Positions 19,515 through 28,442 of a stretch of 64,000 nucleotides of DNA are shown piece by piece (positions within the stretch are counted from its first letter, which is position 1; every line of letters starts with the position of its first letter). Under the pieces are notes generated by a model that saw only the letters and a list, made by a program, of their open reading frames with translations, searched no databases and was not told the DNA's origin. The translations under genes were made by a program, and so were the position numbers. Source of the DNA: a virus; the IMG/VR virus record IMGVR_UViG_3300028607_003036, positions 4,039-68,038 of that record; one strand, written 5' to 3'.

Positions 19515-20039
19515 TTATACCCCGGAAAATAACCTACGTCCCGTTTTTGAGACTAACGTCCAATTTTCCTGTTTATGTTTTGTAGCAAATCTCATATTTT
19601 TAACTGGAACTCCAAAAAACGTTTCATTCTTTGTGTATATGGTATTTTTCTTGTAAGTATCATATTCAATAAGTTGTTTCCGTAAGATAAATGCTGCTGT
19701 ATCGTAGGTTGCATTAAACATTAATACAAATTCAGCTTTACTATCTATATACTTAATAGCTGGGAAATCTATAGTTTTCCATTGGGGCTGCCAAGATCCA
19801 GATTTCTTCCAGCCCCGCTTACATTCTACCTCTATTGCAAGAAGTCCGGGACCACCAAGAGGATTTTTTAGTTGAAGAGGGTCTAGTATCATTACTTCAA
19901 TGTCAAAGTTTTTAAAATTTTCTTTTTTAGGTAGATGAGCATCTGCAACGCAAAGCGTTGTTATAAAGTCTATAGCGGCAAGTTTGCCTTTTTCATCGTA
20001 TTTATTGTATAATTTTTGACTAAACGCTTTTCGTTTCAT
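19515..20039 (-). CDS. PD-(D/E)XK restriction-endonuclease-like protein
   Basis: FDIEV...AIEVECKRGW. Confidence 0.6.
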   Translation of the reverse strand: MKRKAFSQKLYNKYDEKGKLAAIDFITTLCVADAHLPKKENFKNFDIEVMILDPLQLKNPLGGPGLLAIEVECKRGWKKSGSWQPQWKTIDFPAIKYIDSKAEFVLMFNATYDTAAFILRKQLIEYDTYKKNTIYTKNETFFGVPVKNMRFATKHKQENWTLVSKTGRRLFSGV

Positions 20040-20383
20040 ACTTCTTTATGCTCTATTGAAAGTGGAGAGAAGAACGTTGTTACAAAATCTATACACTTAA
20101 ATGGTGTAAATGATTTGCACGTATAAATATCTATTGTAATAAATTTTTGTTTTTCGTAAGTATAAAACATCACACCCGAAGTTACCCAGTTACCCCATCC
20201 ACACCATCCCCAATCTAAGTGGTGTTCAATAATAGGATCTCTGATAAGAATCATATCTAGTTCAACAGATAAATCTTTTAGAAATTCATATATTTCAGTA
20301 GGTCCAGGATTATGATCTAGATTCGCTTCGATTATTAATCTTTGACGAAAAATATCTGGTTGTAAGTCTTTCATTTTATGCAC
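20036..20383 (-). CDS. speD: S-adenosylmethionine decarboxylase-like proenzyme
   Basis: RQRLIIE, GWCGWGNWVTSGVMFYTY, IDIYTCKSF; Ser retained at the ESH-equivalent site. Confidence 0.75.
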   Translation of the reverse strand: MHKMKDLQPDIFRQRLIIEANLDHNPGPTEIYEFLKDLSVELDMILIRDPIIEHHLDWGWCGWGNWVTSGVMFYTYEKQKFITIDIYTCKSFTPFKCIDFVTTFFSPLSIEHKEV

Positions 20384-20434
20384 TTGTGTTCATAATAATT
20401 GACTGAGGAACATGGACTAGTGGATAACATCTAC

Positions 20435-20989
20435 TTAAACTTTCACTGAAATTACAGTCCACTTATCGTTTATACGCATAACCCGAACATATGATCCAGG
20501 ATTAACGTGTATTCCTTCTGAGACATCAACATTCATATAGTGAAAAACTTCTATATCATCTCTGTCTTCTTTAAGTGTTGCTTTTACCTCTAAGTTGTTA
20601 TTTGCATTATTTACTGTATATGAAACTGAACTTAGAGTTCCATAAATCGCTTTATTATTGCATACCTGATTAGGAATAGTATATGCCGTAAAATCGTTGC
20701 CAGCAGTTAAAAGAACATGCCAACCATTGTCGTTCATCTTTTTAGTAAATCCGCCTTCTAGTACTTCCATAGATATATACTTTTGTTTTTCACCAAAACT
20801 AGTCCATACACCACGCCTTTCGTTCCAGCGTAAATAATGTCCATTTACTACCATCGTGGGTATTGGTACAGTTGGTGCTGGAGGCATTGATGATATAAGT
20901 GGTCCAGTCTTCCAAACTGTTTCACCCCTAAAAAGAAATAATCCAGCTAGTGATGCAACTGCTGACTTAAAAAAGTTTCGTCGTTCCAT
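20435..20989 (-). CDS. Protein with twin-arginine-like signal (MERRNFFKSAVASLAGLFLF)
   Basis: GGAG SD before the ATG at 20989; RRxFF followed by a hydrophobic stretch. Confidence 0.7.
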   Translation of the reverse strand: MERRNFFKSAVASLAGLFLFRGETVWKTGPLISSMPPAPTVPIPTMVVNGHYLRWNERRGVWTSFGEKQKYISMEVLEGGFTKKMNDNGWHVLLTAGNDFTAYTIPNQVCNNKAIYGTLSSVSYTVNNANNNLEVKATLKEDRDDIEVFHYMNVDVSEGIHVNPGSYVRVMRINDKWTVISVKV

Positions 20990-21009
20990 TTTATTTCTCC
21001 TGCGTAATA

Positions 21010-23439
21010 CTATGAACACTTAGTCCAGCCACACGAACATGAAATACAGCCCGAATCTCTTATTAAATCTTCTGTCCCACATTCAGGACAGGACTCTCCA
21101 GTTACTTTTTCTCCATTTCCAATGTATTTTTTAAGTGCACGAGAAATTGATCTCGCAAATCCAGATAAATCTCCCGTTGTCTTTTCTAGTTGATGTACAA
21201 TATACTTAATATGCACGCCGTGACGAAGACTCGTAGAAATCAAACGTGTTACAGCTTCTTCCTCAGCATCACATAAATCGGTAATACTATCTATAAGCGT
21301 TTCTTGATTATCTGAAGATAATAATTTATAAAATCCCCTTTTTACTTTAAGAATTTTACCAGAAATAACGTTGTTAAATTTAGAGGTATCTCCATTTGGA
21401 CCTGCAAGTACTTCATATGGATCACCATCTATAAGTCCAACAATTACAAAATACTTTTTTCTTTGTACAGAGATATGATATACATCACAGGGGATTTCTC
21501 TTGGTCTAGAAACACCTTCCGTCTTATGTATTTTAGCTGTATTTTTCGATTTGTCAATCAAAACTCCTGTGCGACAGTTTTTTCTGTAGATTGTTATCCC
21601 CTTGCATCCAGACTCCCATGCAGTTTCATAAATTTTTGCAACTTCTTCTACAGTAACATCTTCGGGTAAATTTAGGGTAGAACTAATAGAATGGTCTACA
21701 TGTTTCTGTACCTTGGATTGTAATTTTATTCTTTGTTGCCAGTCTAAATCTTCGGCACAACTTCCAAACCACGGTGATTCTTCAAGTTTAGTATTATTAG
21801 TTACATCCATCCACATCTTAATTTTTGGATGGTAAACCTCAAACTCCTGCCATTTATCTCCTAAATTATCAACAAAATCTACTCTGGCATTTTTATCATT
21901 AGGATTAATTTTTTTTCTTCTAGTATAAGATAACATAAAGACGGGTTCTATACCAGATGTTGTTTGGGTTAAGATACTTACAGAACCGGCGGGAGCCGTA
22001 GTTAATAATGATATGTTTCGTCTTCCATATTTTTGCATATCTTTATATAATTGTTCATCTTCTTCTTTTATTCTTAGTAGGAATTCACAATTCTTTTCCT
22101 TGTTTTTATTCCAAACTGGAAATGCTCCTAGTTCTTTAGCTATATCGACTGAAGATCGATAGCAGGCAAGCTTAAGTGTTTTATATATCTTTTCTGATAG
22201 ATTAATTCCTTTATTTGAGGAGTATGGTATATTCAGTGCTGCAAGCGTATCTCCAAGGGCAGTATTTCCGGTGCCGGTTCTTCTACCGTTTTCACAAGTT
22301 GTTTTTATATCTTGCCACATCATTTTTTCTTGAAGTTTAATTATCTTATCTTCTGGATCAGATGAAATCTTTTTTATGATTTTCTCTATTGATTCAAGTT
22401 CTAGATCTACTAAATCATCCATTAGTCTCTGAGCAATTTTACAATCTTCATAATATTTTTCAAAATTAAATAATGCTTTACTTGTGAAATGATTTTCTAC
22501 ATAATAAAATAGATTAAGAAGTAAAAGTCTACAAGAGTCATTTTCACAAAGAGGAAGTTCACTACATGGGTTTGTACAGGTTGTTTCAAATCCATCATCT
22601 GCATAACAATCTGCGGGACTTTCTGAAATAATAATATCCCAAAATAATAAACCTGGTTCTGCCATAGAGTGAGCGTTTTTAATAATCTCTTTCCAGATAG
22701 TAGTAGCATCTACCATATTAGATATGGTTGGAGACTCTGAATCTACTGGAAATCTTTGCTCATATTCTTTATTCTTCTTTACTGCTGTTAGAAACTCGTT
22801 AGTTAGTCTGATAGATATATTAGCGCCGGTTACCTTTGTTAGATCATTCTTTACTTTTATGAAATCTAAAATTTGTGGATGGTGTACAGAAATGGTGATC
22901 ATAAGTGCGCCACGACGACCATTCTGACCAACTTCTCTAATCGAGTTAGAGAATCGTTCCATAAATGGAATTATACCGGTGCTAGTTTGTGAGGCGTTAG
23001 TTGTTATACTATTAGCGGGGCGAAGCTTTGAGATATCTAATCCAATTCCACCACGACGTTTACTAATTTGAACTAGTTTTTGATCGGTATCTAAAATTCC
23101 CCCATAGCTATCTTCGGGGGCTGTAATTACATAACAATTGCTAAGAGAAATATATTGATATGGATTTCCTATACCAAACATAGGAGATCCTTGTGGAATA
23201 ATTCTTTTGAAATGGTCTAAATATTCAAAAATTTCTTTTTCTGAGAGGGGATTTTTAAACTTTTTCTTTTCTATTCTAGCAAATTCAGACGCTATCCTAT
23301 GGTGCATATCTTCTGGAGTTTTTTCCAATAGATTGTTATTATTATCACGCAAAGCATATTTGTCAAGAAAAACTTTTGTTGCTAAATCATCTCCGTCGAA
23401 ATATTCCATAGAAGCATTAAAAGCTTCTTTGTAGCTCAT
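21010..23439 (-). CDS. nrdJ: Class II (adenosylcobalamin) ribonucleotide reductase
   Basis: QGSP, LSNCY, RRGA, TNPCSE, TAPAGSVS, KGITIYR, C-terminal TSCPD-like region and CPEC...CISC; no beta subunit nearby. Confidence 0.92.
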   Translation of the reverse strand: MSYKEAFNASMEYFDGDDLATKVFLDKYALRDNNNNLLEKTPEDMHHRIASEFARIEKKKFKNPLSEKEIFEYLDHFKRIIPQGSPMFGIGNPYQYISLSNCYVITAPEDSYGGILDTDQKLVQISKRRGGIGLDISKLRPANSITTNASQTSTGIIPFMERFSNSIREVGQNGRRGALMITISVHHPQILDFIKVKNDLTKVTGANISIRLTNEFLTAVKKNKEYEQRFPVDSESPTISNMVDATTIWKEIIKNAHSMAEPGLLFWDIIISESPADCYADDGFETTCTNPCSELPLCENDSCRLLLLNLFYYVENHFTSKALFNFEKYYEDCKIAQRLMDDLVDLELESIEKIIKKISSDPEDKIIKLQEKMMWQDIKTTCENGRRTGTGNTALGDTLAALNIPYSSNKGINLSEKIYKTLKLACYRSSVDIAKELGAFPVWNKNKEKNCEFLLRIKEEDEQLYKDMQKYGRRNISLLTTAPAGSVSILTQTTSGIEPVFMLSYTRRKKINPNDKNARVDFVDNLGDKWQEFEVYHPKIKMWMDVTNNTKLEESPWFGSCAEDLDWQQRIKLQSKVQKHVDHSISSTLNLPEDVTVEEVAKIYETAWESGCKGITIYRKNCRTGVLIDKSKNTAKIHKTEGVSRPREIPCDVYHISVQRKKYFVIVGLIDGDPYEVLAGPNGDTSKFNNVISGKILKVKRGFYKLLSSDNQETLIDSITDLCDAEEEAVTRLISTSLRHGVHIKYIVHQLEKTTGDLSGFARSISRALKKYIGNGEKVTGESCPECGTEDLIRDSGCISCSCGWTKCS

Positions 23440-23454
23440 TAACTATCTTAAATC

Positions 23455-25818
23455 CTAAAGAGTAATAGTTTGTTCGTTCTTAACATTATCATCAGCATCA
23501 TAAAATTTAAAAGTATAATCTCCTGGAGGAAGTGCATATCCAAACCAATTTTCATATACATCCTTACCGAACAATAAATTATATCTTGCTATTTGATTTT
23601 GCATGGAGAAAAATCCATTAAACGGTATGCCGTGTAATCCTGCTGCTCGTTGTCCTTCTGATTTATCTACTGGGGTAATGGAAACAGTAATAGCACGGAA
23701 TCCAGGTTTTAATTCAAAGAAAACGGCTTTAGGTGGTTTACCATCTAATATTTTCCACACCTCTGATTTGCTCATAGTATTAACACTTTCGGGCAAATCT
23801 GTTCCTTCAAATCCGTTAAAATCACTATTCGTTGACGAATAGGCGGTATATGTTCCTAGAGTAGTTACTGATTCTCCATCAGCAGCAGCTATTTGTCCTG
23901 AGCAGTTGACAAATTCTATTAGGGATGGGAATGCATTAACGGCAAAGTTACCTGCACTTCGTCCTGCGAAACTCCAGAATCCTTCTACATTACAATTTTC
24001 AAAAATATAATGAAATTGCATTGGAAGGGCACTAAACCCATGAACCACTGCTGTCTTGATGGTTGAATTTCTTACATATCCAACACAATTTCTACCCAAA
24101 TTAACAATTAAATGTTCTGTTAAGAACAAGCAGTTATCAACAACGTGTTCAAATCCACCCCAAGTTGTAATTCCTCCTCCAATTAGTACAAACTTACATC
24201 CTGTTATATGTACATCTCTTTGTAATGGACTTCTTCGGAAAACTGGAGGGAAAGTGGTGATAAATGCATGATTAGAATAAACCACTACACAATCTTCAAG
24301 AATTCCCCGTGCAGAAGTCCACAATCCATATGAAACATTTGGTTGATAGCGGTCTCGTGTTCCCATAACGACATGTCTTGTAATTTTAAGTTGTCTACTA
24401 AAATCGGTAGTTTCAGGACGATGTTGTAATGCTATTCCATTCTGGCATCCGTGAGATACATTATCTTCTGCTATAGCCGTATCCCATAACCAAAATCCTG
24501 CACTTGTTCCATCAATATAACTAATTAATCCTTTTACTGGAATATCTTCAAATCGTATACATTTAGAAGAAATATTTCTTTTATATATGTTGCGTTCTTC
24601 TGCACCATCTTCTTCAAAATATCCCATTCCTTTGGATAGATATCCAACATTATCGGTAATGATCATGTCATTACTACGATGAATAACAACAAATCTATTT
24701 CCTGGATCTTTACAATCTTGCCAAATAGAATTTCCTATGAATGAATCTTCGTGGAAAGCGGAGGCATGATGTCTATGGAGAGGGTATCTTCCTAGTTTTT
24801 TACGAGGTCCACAATTTCTAACTTCACAATAGTCAATATGTCCATGGGCACCCTTCATAAATATTGTATGTGCACGATGATTTGGATCACCTTCGACTGC
24901 TAGAGTGGATATAATTTTAATAGAACGAGTTAGATTAACAACAATAGGTGATACTATATGCTCTATTACATCATCATTGTTCATCCAAAACAGAGATGGT
25001 GCATCGAAAGTAACATTGTTGAATGTTATATTATTCCCATCTATAGAAAGCAATTTAGCGATAACTTCTGAACCATCTAATTTCAATAGTAAAAGGTTAT
25101 CACCAACCCACCAATTATTTGGAATATTACTTAATGTTGCTTGTCCATTTTGGATGGCAGATTGGGTGTGAGTACCAAGCGGAGATAAATCAAGTTTATC
25201 ACCTCGTTGGAAATTTTTAGATAACTGAAACTCTGTAACAAGGTTAAAATCTCCAGCCGATGTTACATAGTCCCAACTGGTTTTTTTAATTCCTTGTAGC
25301 TTTGTTGTACCCGCTGGCATGGTCCATAAGCCAATATCTTCTGGATGATAATCCGGCATCATAATATTTGGTCCGGGTTCAACATTACCAATAAATTTTG
25401 TATCGTCTGGAACAAAGAAGTGAATATTGGCGTTTACTTGTTGTCCTAATAAAGTAGACCTTACAACTATAGAACCATAAGTATTCCATACTGAATTATT
25501 CGTTAATACTGTAATTCCAGAATTAATGTGAGCTTCTTTAGATGTTAATGTATCTATATTTAAATTATGTTCTATAATTATATTAGTACTTGCGTGTGGA
25601 ACTGAGCCATTTTCCCATACTGTCGGATCAGATGCTAATCCCGATTTAACCGTTTTTATAAATTCTTTTGGTAAAACTGGACCTCCAGAAGGAGGTGGTG
25701 GTGGATCATTACCGCTTGGAGGAGTGTCGTCTATTGGTGCTATATTTATTTCTATATGAATAGTTTCTGGACCATCTACAACAAATTCTTGTTTCGGAAC
25801 AGTGATTTTATTAGACAT
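23455..25818 (-). CDS. G8/CEMIP-like parallel beta-helix protein
   Basis: VVNLTRSIKI, LGRYPLHRH, GNSIW...NRFVVIHRSN...DNVGY...YFEEDGAEERN. Confidence 0.8.
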   Translation of the reverse strand: MSNKITVPKQEFVVDGPETIHIEINIAPIDDTPPSGNDPPPPPSGGPVLPKEFIKTVKSGLASDPTVWENGSVPHASTNIIIEHNLNIDTLTSKEAHINSGITVLTNNSVWNTYGSIVVRSTLLGQQVNANIHFFVPDDTKFIGNVEPGPNIMMPDYHPEDIGLWTMPAGTTKLQGIKKTSWDYVTSAGDFNLVTEFQLSKNFQRGDKLDLSPLGTHTQSAIQNGQATLSNIPNNWWVGDNLLLLKLDGSEVIAKLLSIDGNNITFNNVTFDAPSLFWMNNDDVIEHIVSPIVVNLTRSIKIISTLAVEGDPNHRAHTIFMKGAHGHIDYCEVRNCGPRKKLGRYPLHRHHASAFHEDSFIGNSIWQDCKDPGNRFVVIHRSNDMIITDNVGYLSKGMGYFEEDGAEERNIYKRNISSKCIRFEDIPVKGLISYIDGTSAGFWLWDTAIAEDNVSHGCQNGIALQHRPETTDFSRQLKITRHVVMGTRDRYQPNVSYGLWTSARGILEDCVVVYSNHAFITTFPPVFRRSPLQRDVHITGCKFVLIGGGITTWGGFEHVVDNCLFLTEHLIVNLGRNCVGYVRNSTIKTAVVHGFSALPMQFHYIFENCNVEGFWSFAGRSAGNFAVNAFPSLIEFVNCSGQIAAADGESVTTLGTYTAYSSTNSDFNGFEGTDLPESVNTMSKSEVWKILDGKPPKAVFFELKPGFRAITVSITPVDKSEGQRAAGLHGIPFNGFFSMQNQIARYNLLFGKDVYENWFGYALPPGDYTFKFYDADDNVKNEQTITL
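24898..24966. repeat. 69-bp segment identical to the reverse complement of 41634-41702
   Basis: Base-by-base comparison; the flanking bases mismatch on both sides. Confidence 0.95.
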
Positions 25819-25871
25819 TTGAATTCTTTTTATTATTTTGTATTATGAATATCTTAAAAGGCCCATATCGT

Positions 25872-25881
25872 ATTATACACC
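25872..25881 (-). promoter_or_regulatory. GGTGTATAAT motif, putative phage promoter
   Basis: About 53 nt upstream of the G8 gene; also at 31132 and 32590. Confidence 0.55.
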
Positions 25882-26577
25882 ATAATATTTAGAAGAATGT
25901 TCTATAATTTCAACGTCTGCGACGTTTAACATGGGTCTGGATTGTGGTGATTGTGGCGAATAATCCTCTCCCTCTACAGATAGACAATAGATTCTTTTGA
26001 TTCTTGAATTAATTATAGCCTTACTACAATCCATACATGGAAGACAACAATAGCAAAATATATAGCAGTTTTGTGTAGATGTTTGAGAGTTGTAAATTGC
26101 GTTGCGTTCAGAATGCTCACACGTGCAAAGTTCTGTTCGTTCTCCGCTAGGTATATTTAGCAATCTCCTTGGACATTTATTTTTATAAAAATCAGTTTTA
26201 CATATTTTTTCTTTTAAAGTATCTTTTTCAGCTATTTGTCCAAATTCTATCTTTAATTTTTCACAATCTTTTGTGTTGAATAAATGGGAAGATATGCACC
26301 GTTTAATATCTAAAAATTCTTCAAAACTGAGTGGATGTAGACCCAAGATGAGAGACTTTTCTATTCTTGAAATGTTGTCCCATACTATATTTTTAATATG
26401 CCATTCACTATCACAATGAGGAACCCCTTTGGGTGGACTATTATAACCAGTTCCAACAATAGAATTTGTTTCAGGATTTACAATAACACTACCAATTTTT
26501 CTACTAAAGCATGGATTTTCACATTCTCCAACTACTTTAGCAATATTCATATATTTCCGTATAAATTTATCTTTCAT
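25873..26577 (-). CDS. dCMP deaminase with long insertion
   Basis: CFSRKIGSVIV, TGYNSPP, HSERNAI, LPCMDCSKAII. Confidence 0.92.
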   Translation of the reverse strand: MKDKFIRKYMNIAKVVGECENPCFSRKIGSVIVNPETNSIVGTGYNSPPKGVPHCDSEWHIKNIVWDNISRIEKSLILGLHPLSFEEFLDIKRCISSHLFNTKDCEKLKIEFGQIAEKDTLKEKICKTDFYKNKCPRRLLNIPSGERTELCTCEHSERNAIYNSQTSTQNCYIFCYCCLPCMDCSKAIINSRIKRIYCLSVEGEDYSPQSPQSRPMLNVADVEIIEHSSKYYGV

Positions 26578-27080
26578 TTAAACGGCTCCTCTAGTAATAG
26601 TCCTAGAAATCTTTTGATTTCCTGATATTTCTTTGTCTTCTTAGATAACTTAAACTTCTTTAAGCCTTTGCTGTCAACCCACTTATGAATATCATTACCA
26701 AATTCATTACTACGGGCATACCAATCACAAACAAGTTCTGCTATGTATACAGAGGGCATATTTGCAATGCCATTCCAATACTCCGGATGATGATAATTTG
26801 TATTGATATGTTGTTCTACTGCGGCTTTCCATTCAATGGGGTGTTCTTCATATGAACTTTGTCGTAAATATTTCCATTCACAACCAAAAAACTTGGAGTA
26901 ATCATGTATACGACCGTTAGCTATTAGTTGTATTCCTAGTTTTTCTTTTTTTTGAAGAATTAATCGTTGTCCTAATAATTCACATGATTCAGATACATTT
27001 TTTACATGTCTTAATAATGATTGTAAGTGTTGATCATTACCGTTGGGCATCTTTTCGCATCCTTTTAATGACACATGCAC
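26574..27080 (-). CDS. HD-like DUF5662-type protein
   Basis: HDYSKF, H...NYHHPEYW, ELVCDWYA. Confidence 0.8.
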   Translation of the reverse strand: MHVSLKGCEKMPNGNDQHLQSLLRHVKNVSESCELLGQRLILQKKEKLGIQLIANGRIHDYSKFFGCEWKYLRQSSYEEHPIEWKAAVEQHINTNYHHPEYWNGIANMPSVYIAELVCDWYARSNEFGNDIHKWVDSKGLKKFKLSKKTKKYQEIKRFLGLLLEEPFK

Positions 27081-27204
27081 AATATTTTATTTTTTCTATA
27101 ATTTCTAATCTAGTAGGTTTACTATATATTTGAAACCCTTTCCCGTTACATTTCCTGCATCCTGGCTTAGCATAGTACCGTGCTTTATTTTCATCAAATG
27201 CCAT
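27037..27204 (-). CDS. Small Cys-rich protein
   Basis: AAGGA SD and ATG at 27204; CRKCNGKG...CAC. Confidence 0.7.
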   Translation of the reverse strand: MAFDENKARYYAKPGCRKCNGKGFQIYSKPTRLEIIEKIKYCACVIKRMRKDAQR

Positions 27205-27225
27205 AATAATCCTTGTATACAGGAT

Positions 27226-27262
27226 AAAAAAGTTCCCCAACCTGTAATACAGGTTGAGGAAC
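27226..27262 (-). terminator. Rho-independent terminator
   Basis: GTTCCTCAACCTG-TATTA-CAGGTTGGGGAAC followed by T6. Confidence 0.85.
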
Positions 27263-27290
27263 TGTGAGCGGAAGTACTCCAAGACAGTCT

Positions 27291-27318
27291 ATTATAGTAG
27301 ATTTTTTAGTTTTGTCAA
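27291..27318 (-). promoter_or_regulatory. Sigma-70 promoter TTGACA-N16-TATAAT
   Basis: Minus strand reads TTGACA AAACTAAAAAATCTAC TATAAT. Confidence 0.85.
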
Positions 27319-27608
27319 TCTCTCCAAGGGTCTTTTTTCACATCTGGAACTACTGGAGTAACAGATATATTTCCTTCTTTTTCAACTATATGTACTTCAG
27401 GATCTCCAAGAAATTCAAATTTTCCATCTGCGACTGAACGTAGAATTCCCATATGGACGGGAATATCAAAAGTTTCTTCATCTTCATAATATGTCACAGT
27501 GTCTGTTATTGTAATTAGATCACCACGATGAAACTTGAAATCTAAAATATCTCCATCAACATCTTCTAATTCACAATTATACGGTAAAATAAATTGTACT
27601 CTAGCCAT
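27315..27608 (-). CDS. Hypothetical acidic protein
   Basis: 97-aa ORF. Confidence 0.75.
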   Translation of the reverse strand: MARVQFILPYNCELEDVDGDILDFKFHRGDLITITDTVTYYEDEETFDIPVHMGILRSVADGKFEFLGDPEVHIVEKEGNISVTPVVPDVKKDPWRD

Positions 27609-27620
27609 TATAGTTTCCTT

Positions 27621-28442
27621 TTAAAGGATAGTTTCACGAGCACGACGTTCATGAGTTTCTCCTGGAGATTCTGTGCTATGTCCACCCCCAACTAGAGGAG
27701 ATTCAACACCTTTGCCCACAGGAATTGTAACAGTGGTTATTGGACGCATACGATCTTCTGTAAAGAATGCAGTATAAGGATGTTCAATTTCTTCAATTTG
27801 AGGAATATGAATAGGATTATATGCATCAACTTCAGCTTGGGTTAATCGAAAATCAACTTTTGCAGCTACTTCTGCTTTAACCAAGAAAAGTTCTACAGCC
27901 ATTAAGCGATAGGCTTCTCTAGGAAGCAATTTCATTAAATCTGCTGAACTTTCTAAAAAGTCATTAGTCCAAGTATTAGCTTCGTCCATTTGAACCCACT
28001 GACCTAATGCATAAAGGTATAACTCTGTCCATCGACGAGTAAATCGATTTTGTTGATCAAAATATCTAATAGGATAGAGTTTAAATTTACGACGATTAGG
28101 TGTGATATGTGGAACATCTAGTCGTGGCTGTTGATAATTTTTAGTTCTAGCATCAATAAATGCTATTAATTGTACATAACAATTGTGATGTCGTTTAATC
28201 ATATCAATAGTTGGAGGACCAGGAGTAAAACAATCTCTTAGGTTGGACATACCTTGTACATAACGACAGGTCATTTCAAATAGTTCTGCCATACCAGCAT
28301 TTTCTGTTTCTGTATTGTCTCCTAAATTAGGTACAGCCCATCTTACACCTTCAAAATCGAAAGGTAAAATAGCATCATGTACGGGAACAATAGAGGTAAC
28401 ATCTACTTCAAGATTACTACTATATTCGGTGTCTTCAAGCAT
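27621..28442 (-). CDS. Hypothetical protein
   Basis: 273-aa ORF coupled to the protease gene. Confidence 0.8.
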   Translation of the reverse strand: MLEDTEYSSNLEVDVTSIVPVHDAILPFDFEGVRWAVPNLGDNTETENAGMAELFEMTCRYVQGMSNLRDCFTPGPPTIDMIKRHHNCYVQLIAFIDARTKNYQQPRLDVPHITPNRRKFKLYPIRYFDQQNRFTRRWTELYLYALGQWVQMDEANTWTNDFLESSADLMKLLPREAYRLMAVELFLVKAEVAAKVDFRLTQAEVDAYNPIHIPQIEEIEHPYTAFFTEDRMRPITTVTIPVGKGVESPLVGGGHSTESPGETHERRARETIL

